64,000 bases of DNA, taken from positions 11,656,001-11,720,000 of the forward strand of contig JBHGNT010000009.1 in NCBI GenBank assembly GCA_043228905.1. Reading direction: 5' to 3'. The notes beneath the pieces were generated by a model. It was not told where the DNA came from and made no database searches. It was given only the letters and a program-made list of their open reading frames with translations. Both the position numbers and the translations under genes were made by a program. This stretch comes from Azolla caroliniana (taxonomy: Eukaryota > Plantae > Polypodiophyta). The stretch's first letter is position 1; every line of letters begins with the position of its first letter. Of this stretch, positions 39,000 to 49,536 are shown one piece after another.

Positions 39000-41900
39000 A
39001 TCTTCAAATTCGGGATGGCCGACTGTAAGACCGTCTCGACTCCTCTGGATAGAACCATGAAGCTTAGTTCCGATACGGGAAAGGTATGCGACCCGATGAG
39101 GTTTCGACAAATTGTCGGAAGCCTCATATACTTGACCATCACCCGACCCGACCTCAGTTATCCGGTCGGGGTGATCAGTCAGTTCATGGCGCGACCTACC
39201 GAGGAGCACCTTCAGTGTGCGCAACGCATACTTCGGTATGTCAACAGCACTAAGGACCGGGGACTGCTATATCGGACCGGTGCAGCTGCGCAGTTAGTCG
39301 GCTACACCGATGCTGATTGGGCTGGCAACGCCACCGATCGCCGATCCACGTCTGGATACGCGTTCTCCCTTGGGAGTGCCGCGATCACGTGGAGTACTAA
39401 GAAGCAGCCGACAGTTGCACTATCGAGCACCGAAGCTGAGTACCGAGGAGCAGCTGTCGCGACATGCGAAGCCATATGGTTGAAGCAGCTACTTAAGGAC
39501 CTGCAAGAGGAGGTGTCTGATCCAACGACGATCTACTGCGACAACCTCAGCAGCATCCAACTCGCGAAGAACCCCGTCTTCCACGCACGGACCAAGCACA
39601 TTGAGGTGCACTACCATTTCGTCCGTGAGCGTGTCCTTTCCGGTGAAGTCGAACTTCAGTACGTTCTGACAGATCGGCAGGCTGCCGACATCTTCACCAA
39701 GCCTCTTGGTCTGGACAAGTTGCGGCAATTCTCAGGTGCGCTCGGGTTGCGTCACCTTGACGTGCCGAACTTGAGGGGGAGAACAGTCCCGAACGACCAA
39801 GCAAAGCAGCAGGAAAGGAGCGGAGACCGCGACACCGAGTCGGTTGACAAGTTCGACTTCGGATCGGCTGAAGAAGCCGAGGACGGACCCGCGGAGAAGT
39901 TCGGAAGCGAACAGAAGGGGAGCAGCCGAAGGAGAGAGCCGAAGCCAACCACGGATAGGGGAGATGACGCCATCGAGGGCGAGAAAACCGAAGACGAGTT
40001 GGAGACAACCAACTCGGACGAGAGCGAAAACCGATCGGAGGTAGCCGAGTCGGTTCGGATGTTTGATTCAGATACGCTGAATCAACCGAGGCCTAAGCGG
40101 AAGAAAAGGCAGCAGGAGAAGCGTCGACACCGCAATAGCAGAAGAGCTGATAAAGGCCGCAAAAGCATACAAGCCGACCGGAAGGGTCGAAGCGCGCGGA
40201 GACGAACAGGTCGAGGAGTGCGAGCGAGGCGTGAAGCCAGGAGGAACCGGAGCCGTGAGACCGAGGAGCCGTGAGCCCGAGGAGCCGTGAGCCCGAGGAG
40301 CCGTGAGCCCGAGGATCCCGAAGAGCCTCGAGTTGAGCTTGAGGGGGAGTGTTGAGAGACAAGCTCAACATCGGCCGGATCGGCTGAAGAAGCCGAGGAC
40401 CGGATCGGTTGGGACCGATCGGTTAGGTCGTTAGGAAAGATATTCCGTGAGGAATATATTTGGGAGTTAGTGTAGGGGCTCTTGATGAGCATTGAAGTAC
40501 TGTCAGTACTTCGGTCAGTCCTTCTAGGACTTGTATAAAAGTGCTCACTGAGCACGTCTTATATATAGAGATTGAGTATTATTGTGAAATATAGTTTTTT
40601 GTGTTTCTCTCTCTGTCTCTCCCGCGTATACCATGTAAGTCCAAGCTCTCCATTAAACCTGTGTTTCCTTCCTCTGTTCTATCTTCATACCTGCTTCCGC
40701 ACGCTACTTTCTACAGATTCTTTTCACAGGTGGAGCGACGGAGCTTTTCATTTGCAGAGATGAGGCCTTTCTTAGCTCCGATTGGTACATCGAAGCCGCC
40801 GAATTCACTGTCGAGTGAGTGAGTTGACTACTCGTCGTCGAAGCGATCGTCTTCGTATTCTGCCATTTTCGCCTTGCCTTTGTCCATCTTTGGGATAGGC
40901 CGTGATGTGCTTTGATCGCTCAAAGGCTCTTGTGATCCGCTTAGTCGGGTCGTGATCGGACTTTCTTCGAACATGCGCGTAAGGTGATCTTCATCCTGTA
41001 TCTCTTGTTCAGTGGATTCCGGGTCGAGCGGAGTCGAAGTCGGAGTTGTCTCTGGTGCGTACCAGGATGTGGACTCGTCGAAAACGATGTCTCGACTTAC
41101 TCGAGATTTTCGAGTTGAGGGGTTGTAGCACTTGTACCCCTTTTGCTCCAGTGAGTATCCTACGAGGATACATTTCTTTGACTTCAGGTCAAGCTTTTGA
41201 CGCTTGTCGTCGGGGATGTGCACGTACGCTATCGCGCCGAATATCCGGGTGTGCGATAAGTCCAGCTTCTTTCCGAAGTATTTTTCATGCGGAGTGACCT
41301 CGTACACGCCGGATGTTGGGTACCGGTTCATTAGGTAGACGGCCGTATTTGTAGCTTCGGCCTAATATGACTTGGTCATATGCTTCTCGTTCATCATGGC
41401 CTGCGCTACCTCGAGGATGTGCCGATTTTTGCGCTCGGCTACTCCGTTTTGTTGCATAGTGTGTCGGCAAGTGAATTCTCGCCGAATTCCTTCCTTTCGG
41501 AGATACGCCATGAAATCGTCCGAGAATTACTCCTTACCGCCATCCGATCGAAGACAATGTACATGTCGGCCCGTGGCTTTCTCGACTTCATTCTTGAATG
41601 TTTGGAAGTGTCCGAACTCTTCGCTCTTTTGCCACATCGGGTAGATCCAAGTGTGCCTGGAGAAGTCGTCGATGAAGAGCACGTAATATCGGCATCCGCC
41701 GAATGTAGCCGTCTACGCCGGTCCCCATACGTCGGAATCGACTACGTCGAGTAGACCTTTGGCCACGTTCCACTCTTTCGAGAATGGGTGTCGGTGTTGC
41801 TTCCCGAATTGGCACGCTTCGCATACACCATCAATCTCCTTCTCTTTGAATGTCAGGAGTCCAATGACAACTCCTTTCGATTTCATCTCTTTGAGTTTGT

Positions 41901-43892
41901 TGAGATTGATGTGGCCGATTCGCTTGTGCCACAACTCTATGTCAGAGTCGGCTTTCATGCCCTTTGCGAACATGGCCGATTTCATCTCATGTGAGTCGAG
42001 AATGAACATTTGGCCCTCTCTTCGTCTGCATGCGATGAGTCGGCCCTCTTTTTCGATGAAGCAACCACCTTGATTAAATCGAACTTGCATCCCTTGCTCT
42101 ACAATTTGTCCGACGGAGACCAAATTCTTCGTAATGGTCAGTACATGCAAGAAATTTTTAATGTAATTTTGCTTACCTTCTTTTCCGAACGGAACATTGC
42201 CGATGTGCCGAATCGGGTGCGTAGTGTCATCTCCGGTTTCGACATAACCAGGTCGCTCCGGCTCTCGAAGTTCGAGAAACCATTCTTTATGAGATGTCAT
42301 ATGGTTTGAGGCTCCGGAGTCAACAAACCATACGTCCTCCAGATTGATGGCACTAGTTGAGGTAGAGGCCGACATAGAGTTTGCTCTATGTTTCATCATG
42401 AACATTCCGTCACGATCCTCGTAGTCGGAGATGTGCCCGTACATTCCACTATACTCTTCGTAGTCGGAATTGTGCGCGTAATTCGTGAGTTGTCGGCTTG
42501 TGGAAGCCAATTCACACATCTTCTTTCGTCAATCTTCTTCGTGGTGGCCGAGCTTTCTGCAATATCCGCATTCGGTTGCGTTTTGACGACTCAGGCCGGA
42601 GTAGAAGCTCCCCCTTCTTGCGAAGGTTCCTCGTTGGCTTCCGTTTTACGACCGAAATTGGGAGTTGTTATCGTAGGTCGGACCTCGTCCGCCTTGTCCT
42701 TGGCCGAATCGGCCTCTCGGCCGTCCGCATCCTCTTCCTCCGTTCGAGTGCGTGTAGAGCATGTGGCCTTCCGACTCATAGCATTGATTGGAGCTCAAAG
42801 AAGGAGGGAGATTTCTCCCGTGCTAGAACGGCGGTTCGCATCGCGCCGAACCGTGGTGCGAGGCCGTCGAGGCATATTTGAACCATCTCATCATCATCAA
42901 TATTTACGCTTATTGAGCTGAGCGAATTGCAAAGCTCCTTGATCTTCGAGGTGTATGTTGTGATGGACATGTCCCTTTGTTGAATGTTGTTCAACTCTTG
43001 GTAGAGTTGAAGCCTTCTTGCGGTTGTGTTCGCCACGAAAATCTTTTGTAGATTTTCCCATGCCTCCTTCGGTGTCTTGGCTTCACGAATGTAGCCGAGC
43101 ATGTGATCGTGAACACATGTCACCAAGCAATACATCACGCGGCTTGCGGCTTGCTCCCATGTCGCGTATCCGGGAGCCGCTTCGGTGGGTCGGTCTTCAT
43201 GCACTCCTTTGATGTAGCTCCAATAGCCTTGTCTGACAAGGTATTGGTGCATCTTGTACTCCCAAGATGCGAAGTTATTTCGATCCAACTTCTCGGTATG
43301 GAGAGCGCTCCCCATTTGAGTATTCATTATGTCGATTCTTCTTCTTCTTCTTCTCTCTTCGAATGCGAGCTATGGAGCGAAGATACGATAGCGATGAGCC
43401 GATTCTTGGTCATCGGCGTGGAGCACAACACACGATCACGATGAGGCAAATGGGCTAGATCGAGCTACCAAATCACTCTGATACCATGTAAAGAATCGGA
43501 TATGATTCTTGTGTAGAGGAATAGGTGTGAACTGTGTGTGTATATGAGAGAGAGTGTGTGTGAGAGAGACAAGGAGTAAGACACAGAGTATACGCAAGGT
43601 AGATTGTATTAACAAAGGAGAAAGACTCAACATAATACAAGGTGGGAGGAGGGTGCTTTATATAGTCACCCTCTCTCTTCATTAACTACAAGACTCATGG
43701 AGCATGGGAAATGTGAAAGCTCATAAGTTATGTGTCATAGAATATGATTCTATGACTCATACTAAATGCTAGAATACAAAGAGGTGACATAATGGTGACT
43801 CTTGACTGTTGGAGTGTCTATTCACTCTCAAGGTGAGTTCACACACTAGACCAAGTTGAGCTTGATTCTCAACAAGATGTTTGTCAATATGG

Positions 43893-45089
43893 AGGTCAAG
43901 TAGAACTTTGGTATGTTTAGAAGGATCGGAAGATTGCTGATATCTTCACCAAACCACTCGGATTGGACAAGTTGCAGCAGTTCACCGAAATGCTTGGTGT
44001 TCAGCATCTTGACGTGCCGCACTGGAGGGGGAGAAAAGGAAAGGGAACAGATGGCATCGGACAAGGAGCCGGAGAGGAAGAAAGAACCAACAAAGGGGGA
44101 GACAAGAAGGAAAAGGAAGTTGAGTCGACAAAGGAAGTCGACACATCCGAACTAGTCGGAGCAAGCGGCAGCGGCGGCAGAGTCAAGAAGGATAGAGCGG
44201 ACCGGAAGAAGAAGGCCAAGACCCAGACATGGTTCGATGTGGTGAAGGGCCTGGAACCAGAAGACGAATCGGGAGCGACCAATTCGGACAAGAGCTGGAA
44301 CGAATCGGAGACAGCCGATTCGGTTCAATAGACGGATTCGGAAGAACCGGATCAATTCAAGGCCAAGAGGACGAGAAGGTAGCAAAAGTCGACGCCAATA
44401 CGAAGGAATTGGCGAATCGGCAAGCGTCAAAGTCACAGTAGCGAGGGAGCTTAATTGGGCCTGTTGAGTAGACAAGCCGACCAAGGAGGTCGAGGTGCGT
44501 AGAATCAGAAGGGTCGTGGCAAACGGGACCGAACCGGACGAGGAGCGCGAGCGAGGCAGAGTGACGCCAGAAGGAGTCGGGTGGAAGGACCGGCTGCCAT
44601 GGAGATTGACACTACGATCCGACCTCAAGTTGAGCTTGAGGGGGAGTGTTGACCGGCAAGCTCAAACGGATCCGGATCGGCTGAATAAGCCTAAGCCGGA
44701 TCGGCATCCGGAAGGATGAGCCAGATCAGTAATCCGGTGAGCAAGTGAGCCGGTGAGCTGGGGAGCCAGTTAGCCGGATCCAGCAGTAAGCGGAAGCCTA
44801 GTAGCAGCCTAGACTACTAGGTAGTTAATGTCTCGTAGTTAGTGTCAAATGCTCGTATGAGCATTGAAGTACATCGTACTTCTGTCAGTCCTCTTATGAC
44901 TTGTATAAATAGTGTTGTTGAGCACGTTGTATGTATAGAGAATTTTACAGAGTTTTTGATAATAGATTTAAGTTGTTCTGCTCTTTCTCTATCTCTCCTA
45001 CGTACCTTCTATGTGTTAATCTCTCTCTCTCTCTTTGTTGCTATCCGGCTAAGCCGGTTGTCTAAAGCTTCCACGCCTTTGTTTTTACA
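43893..45089 (+). mobile_element. 3' end of copia G (A/C family): RNase H end, tail, PPT and 3' LTR (44647-45089)
   Basis: IADIFTKPLGLDKLQQF...QHLDVP, then GAGGGGGAG|TGTTGACC...TTTTACA. The right flank ATATG runs into the E-type tandem repeat. Confidence 0.88.
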
Positions 45090-45970
45090 ATATGAAAGAG
45101 GCCTTATGGCTCAGTCGGCTATGTCGGCTCGTACACACGTTTCGATAAGCGAACTCTGATTCGGCTCCAATTGTCTACAGCGACAGTCAAGGCGTTGTTA
45201 CTCTGTCAAGAAATCCAGTTTAGCACAACACCTCGAAGCATATGAAAGAGGCCTTATGGCTCAGTCGGCTCAGTCAGCTCATACACATATTTTGACAAGA
45301 GAACTCTGATTCAGCTCCAATTGTCTACAGCGACAGTCAAGGCATTGTGGCTCTGTCAAGAAATCCAGTTTAGCACAACGCCTCGAAGCATATGAAAGAG
45401 GCCTTATGGCTCGGTCAGCTATGTCGGCTCGTACACACGTTTCAACAAGCTAACTCTGATTCGGCTCCAATTGTCTACAGTGATAGTCAAGACGTTGTTA
45501 CTCTATCAAGAAATCCAGTTTAGCACAACACCTCGAAGCATATGAAAGAGGCCTTATGGCTCAGTCGGCTCGGTCGGCTCATACACACGTTTCAACAAGC
45601 TAACTCTGATTCGGCTCCAATTTTGTACAGTGACTATCAAGGCGTTGTTGCTCCGTCAAGAAATCCAGTTTAGAACAACGCTTCGAAGCATATAGATATG
45701 AGATATCACTTCATTCGAGACTGCATCATTTCAGAGAAAATCGGCCTTGACAAGATATCTACAGTCGATAATGTCACTAATGGGATGACCAAGTGACTTT
45801 CGGCGGATCGATTCCGATTCCTTCGACACTAGATGGGCGTAACGAAGAGTCAATCCGATTCAGTCGGACATTCAGGATGGTTTCAGACAATTGGCATTTG
45901 GCATAGTCAACGTCAGACTCTTTGAGTGGGATTCCCTTTCGAACTAGTTGATTCGGCCTCAGCTGACCCG
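45090..45970 (+). repeat. Second copy of the copia E 3' region, including four 150-bp RNase H-derived tandem units (45090-45695)
   Basis: tatgaaagag recurs at 45091, 45241, 45391 and 45541. 45695-45970 is near-identical to 28910-29187. Confidence 0.92.
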
Positions 45971-46080
45971 GTCTTTTGTTCCCGGATGTTGTTGACTTGG
46001 ATAAAAACCCTTCGTATAAGTTTGCATTTTCTGTCTATTTTCTTGATTACAGATTTTTGTATACGCCCATTACGGAGGAT

Positions 46081-46440
46081 TGTTGAATTATGGGAAATAA
46101 TGGACGTATTCACACTGTCCGATTTGGACATAGTAGGTTTTAGGTTATTTATGTAAATAGTGGAAACGATAGTTTACCTAAGTGAGTTGGTATTTAAATT
46201 GACTTTTGTAACCTAGTTGTGGTTGTTCATCTTGTATATTGTGCTATTGTAACTTTGAGAATAATATAGTTACATTGTCTTGTGCTTACCTTGGTGTCTC
46301 TGTTCTCCTTGTCTTCTCTTTGATCTTGTTGTTGGTTAAGTTGCTTTTACTCTTAAAATCTGTTATTGTTTTATACCTACTTGGGATCTTCATAGGAAGA
46401 GTGTTGATTCTCATTTCGCACATGGCGGTTGGTTTCAACA
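46081..46440 (+). repeat. LTR of 360 bp, probably the 3' LTR of copia E
   Basis: TGTTGAA...TTCAACA terminal inverted repeat, located just downstream of the E RNase H end. No TSD and only a weak PPT. Confidence 0.65.
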
Positions 46441-46788
46441 CCTTGGGTCCTGGAAAGCTTTAACACTTCGTCTAACTCTGTCACTCAAGTTAGGTGTTGA
46501 GGTAGCATCATGGAATCATCACACCAGCATGAAGATATGCAACTTATGCAATGAAAAGCTTGTACACATATCCATTTTTCCTTGGCGATAAGCTCGTACA
46601 CATGCATACATGATACACATATCATACATATATGATATGTATGTAATGTATTATATATATATGTATGTACAATGTACATACATACATACTTGAAGTTGAA
46701 ACAGAGAGAGGGAGGGGCTTTTTGGTGAAGAGAAGAGAAGAGAAGAGAAGATCAGATCAGATCAATAGATCAATAGATCAATAGATCA

Positions 46789-47747
46789 ATGGCGGAAGAA
46801 GAAAAGAGGAGGAGGATTGTGGAGGAGGAGGAGGAGGAGGAGGAGGAGTACTACGATGTGGTGGTGGTGGGAGGTGGCATAATGGGCAGTTGCACGGCGT
46901 ACCAAGTGGCGAGGCGCGGTGCCACAGTCCTGTTACTTGAGCAGTTCGATTTCCTGCACAGACGGGGCTCCTCTCACGGCGACACCCGCACCATACGCAG
47001 CACATACCCGGAGCCTTACTACACGCTCATGATGAAACAAGCCTTCTCCCTGTGGCAGGAAGCCCAACAAGAAATTGGGTACCTTGTCCATACCAGCACA
47101 CCCCACCTTGACTTTGGCCCAACCCACAGCAAGAGCCTCATGGCTTGCATGGCCAACTGTGTCCACCATAACATTCCCTTTCTCACCTTGTCCCCGCACC
47201 AAGCTTGTGATAGCTTCGCAGGCCTCTCGTTGCCTCATGACTGGATCGCACTACTCACCCAAGAGGGCGGGGTCATACATGCCTCCAAGGCAGTGGCTAT
47301 GTTCCAGGCACTTGCACTCAAACATGGGGCTGTGCTTCGTGACCGAGTTGCCGTACAACACATTTCAACCCTCCTCCTCCGTAATCATAATCGTAATGGA
47401 CAACCTGCCGTTTTGGTCCATACCAATCGTGGTTCAGCCCTGGGAGGAAAATGTGTGATTGCCGCTGGTGCATGGACCCCAAAGCTCGTCCAAAGGATAT
47501 GTGGACTCTCACTGCCCATCACACCCCTCCATACCACCCTAGCTTACTGGAGGATCCTGGAGCCCGAGAAGGATGCTGGCGCTGGCGCTGGTGCAGCCGC
47601 AGCCATCCATGAAATCCAGGTATTCTTATGACAAATCCTTATAGATTTCTGGTCATTTTCTACTCAATTCTTATGAGAAATGATCTGACAATGTAACCTT
47701 CAAAACTGCATATGTGTATCAAGGTAAGGTGCCTACCTACCTACCTA

Positions 47748-47804
<57 letters not shown>

Positions 47805-48660
47805 GTACGGAAGCATTTACTCTTGGCCACAATTGAAGCTTCCTACTGACCTGAAAATTGAGGATAAATAACTATGATGGAAGGCAAACTGGGAGTTAAA
47901 ACGTACATGCAAGACTTTTCCATCGGAGGAACTCCTGTAAGATTATTATGTTATATTTAGAACTAAGGGGAACAAAACAACAACACTCCCTCCCTCCCTC
48001 CCATCTTATTTATTGTCAAAGGTTTTGTGTTAAGCATTTCTACTCCTTTTTCTGGTGCTTACTCCTCATTTCCGTATTGCTTCTTACTTCATGCATGAGA
48101 AGGAAAGTCAAACTCCATCAACAGAGCATTGTTTCGGGGCCTCAGCTGGTTTCCCAAGCTTTGCTTGCTACAGTTACCCATACATCTATGGGAATGCCTC
48201 GATAGAGCTACCTGGCTTGCTCAAAGTGGGCCTACACTCAGGCTACAAGTGTGACCCTGACAACAGGCCCTTGATCCCCGACATAAAGGCATTGAAAGAC
48301 TTTGTAAGTCCATGGTTAGAAACATATTTCAAAGGTAAGGTGGTTTCAAATGAGCCAGTCTTAGCCGAACCATGCATGTACTCAATGACCCCGGACCAAG
48401 ACTTCATTCTGGACTTCCTCCCGATGGGCAATGATGACGACTCAGGAAATGAACATAAGCTAGTACTCGTTGCTGGAGGTTTCTCTGGGCATGGATTTAA
48501 GATGGGCCCCCTTGTCGGTAAAATCTTGGCAGATCTTTGTCTTAAAGGGTCTTGTGAAGATGTGCCATTGCACCACTTCTGTATATCTCGATTCAATCAG
48601 CACCCACAGGGAAACGTAAAGGACTTCGAAGAGCAGGTGACCCCATTCGACAATGTATGA
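46789..48660 (+). CDS. SOX: FAD-dependent sarcosine/pipecolate oxidase (MSOX/PIPOX family), 2 exons (46789-47619 and about 48103-48660)
   Basis: YDVVVVGGGIMG FAD motif, LLEQF...GSSHGDTRTIR, CVIAAGAW, CMYSMTPDQDFILD (covalent-flavin Cys), GGFSGHGFKMGP. Donor CAG|GTATTC at 47620. The in-frame acceptor is most likely the AAG ending 48102; 48099 and 48126 are alternatives. Confidence 0.92.
47731..47803. repeat. Compound microsatellite (CCTA)n(TA)n(GA)n in the oxidase intron
   Basis: Directly visible. Confidence 0.95.
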
Positions 48661-49536
48661 TATAAGTATAATTTGTATATATATAGCTGATTAAACAAAG
48701 CATAACATTCTAGGCTTGATTAAAGAAAGCTTTAATGTTTTCATTATATTTGAATGAGTTTTGTTTTTCTCCTCAAATTCATGTCAATTTTTGGTAGTCT
48801 ATTATGAAACCCTTCTAATCCCTTATTTCACTAACTATGATACACTGATATAAACAAACTATGAGGGAAGGATACAGAAATGACAAATGACAAATTTTGG
48901 AGTTTTATTACCTTCATCCTTTCTCCAATATCATTAAAACTGTGTTGAGTGATGTGCCAAAACAAGAGGACAAATTAACGAAACAAGATATTGTCAGAGA
49001 AAAGTACGAGGAATAATAGCGGTTTGAGGTAGCCAAAAGTATGAAAAGTAGGAGCAATACTAGCCTTTTGAATAGCCATTAGTATGAAGAGAACGATTGT
49101 CTTTTAAAGTAGCCAAAAGTACAAAAGGTATGAGGAATAACAACCTTATGAGGTAAGCCCTAAAGTCTATGAACCCCATTAACATAAGACCATCATCTAT
49201 CATCATACTGATAATCCTTCCAACATGTACTCTCAGCTCTCAACATTACTACGAATGCACGTTACTCAAAAGTTGCTTAACTGTTGAGGCCATTTATGTT
49301 CAAACATATCTGATTTAGAAAACACTATGGAAATGCATTTCTATCAAATTTGTAGATTCTCCGCGGTACTTCAAATAAGAGAGAAGGCCATGATCATCCT
49401 TCTTTCATTTGCTAATACATACCTATACATTCAATAGGAAATCAGTTGCCAAGCAACATTGAAATACAGGATACATTTAAAGAACAACCCTCTATGGCAA
49501 AATTATAATGGCCATACATGTAAACTATATATTAAA

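Larger units (their letters stand above)
30161..40274 (+). pseudogene. gag-pol of element C (stops near 30242, 30608 and 32821, frameshift near 32190, split by D)
   Basis: ATG 30161, zinc knuckle CWYCGKKGHRESEC, WYVDSGAS, HSDVWGP...LRSDGGKEY, LYVDD, GYTDADW. Confidence 0.9.
29732..40715 (+). mobile_element. Full-length Ty1/copia element C, mildly degenerate, containing element D
   Basis: LTRs 29732-30088 and 40350-40715, perfect TSD GATTC (29727-29731 and 40716-40720), PBS TGGTATTAGAGC 30089-30100, PPT GAGGGGGAG 40341-40349. Confidence 0.96.
29188..43874 (-). mobile_element. Ty1/copia element F (relative of A/C): 3'-truncated within RT and split by element C
   Basis: 5' LTR 43874-43487 (TGTTGAGAATCAAGCTCAAC...TTTACA), PBS TGGTATCAGAG ending 43476, gag/protease/integrase in 43327-40721, and RT continuing at 29731-29188 across the GATTC TSD of C. 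Confidence 0.9.

Noticed and set aside
40249-40315. Short tandem repeat (gagccgtgagcccgag) upstream of the PPT of C
   Set aside because: Short tandem repeats in retrotransposon 3' regions are common, and it was not seen at the same position in G or H.
39771-40340. env-like gene in copia C
   Set aside because: The extra coding region is in frame with pol, highly charged and has no transmembrane segment. It is reported as a Pol tail instead.
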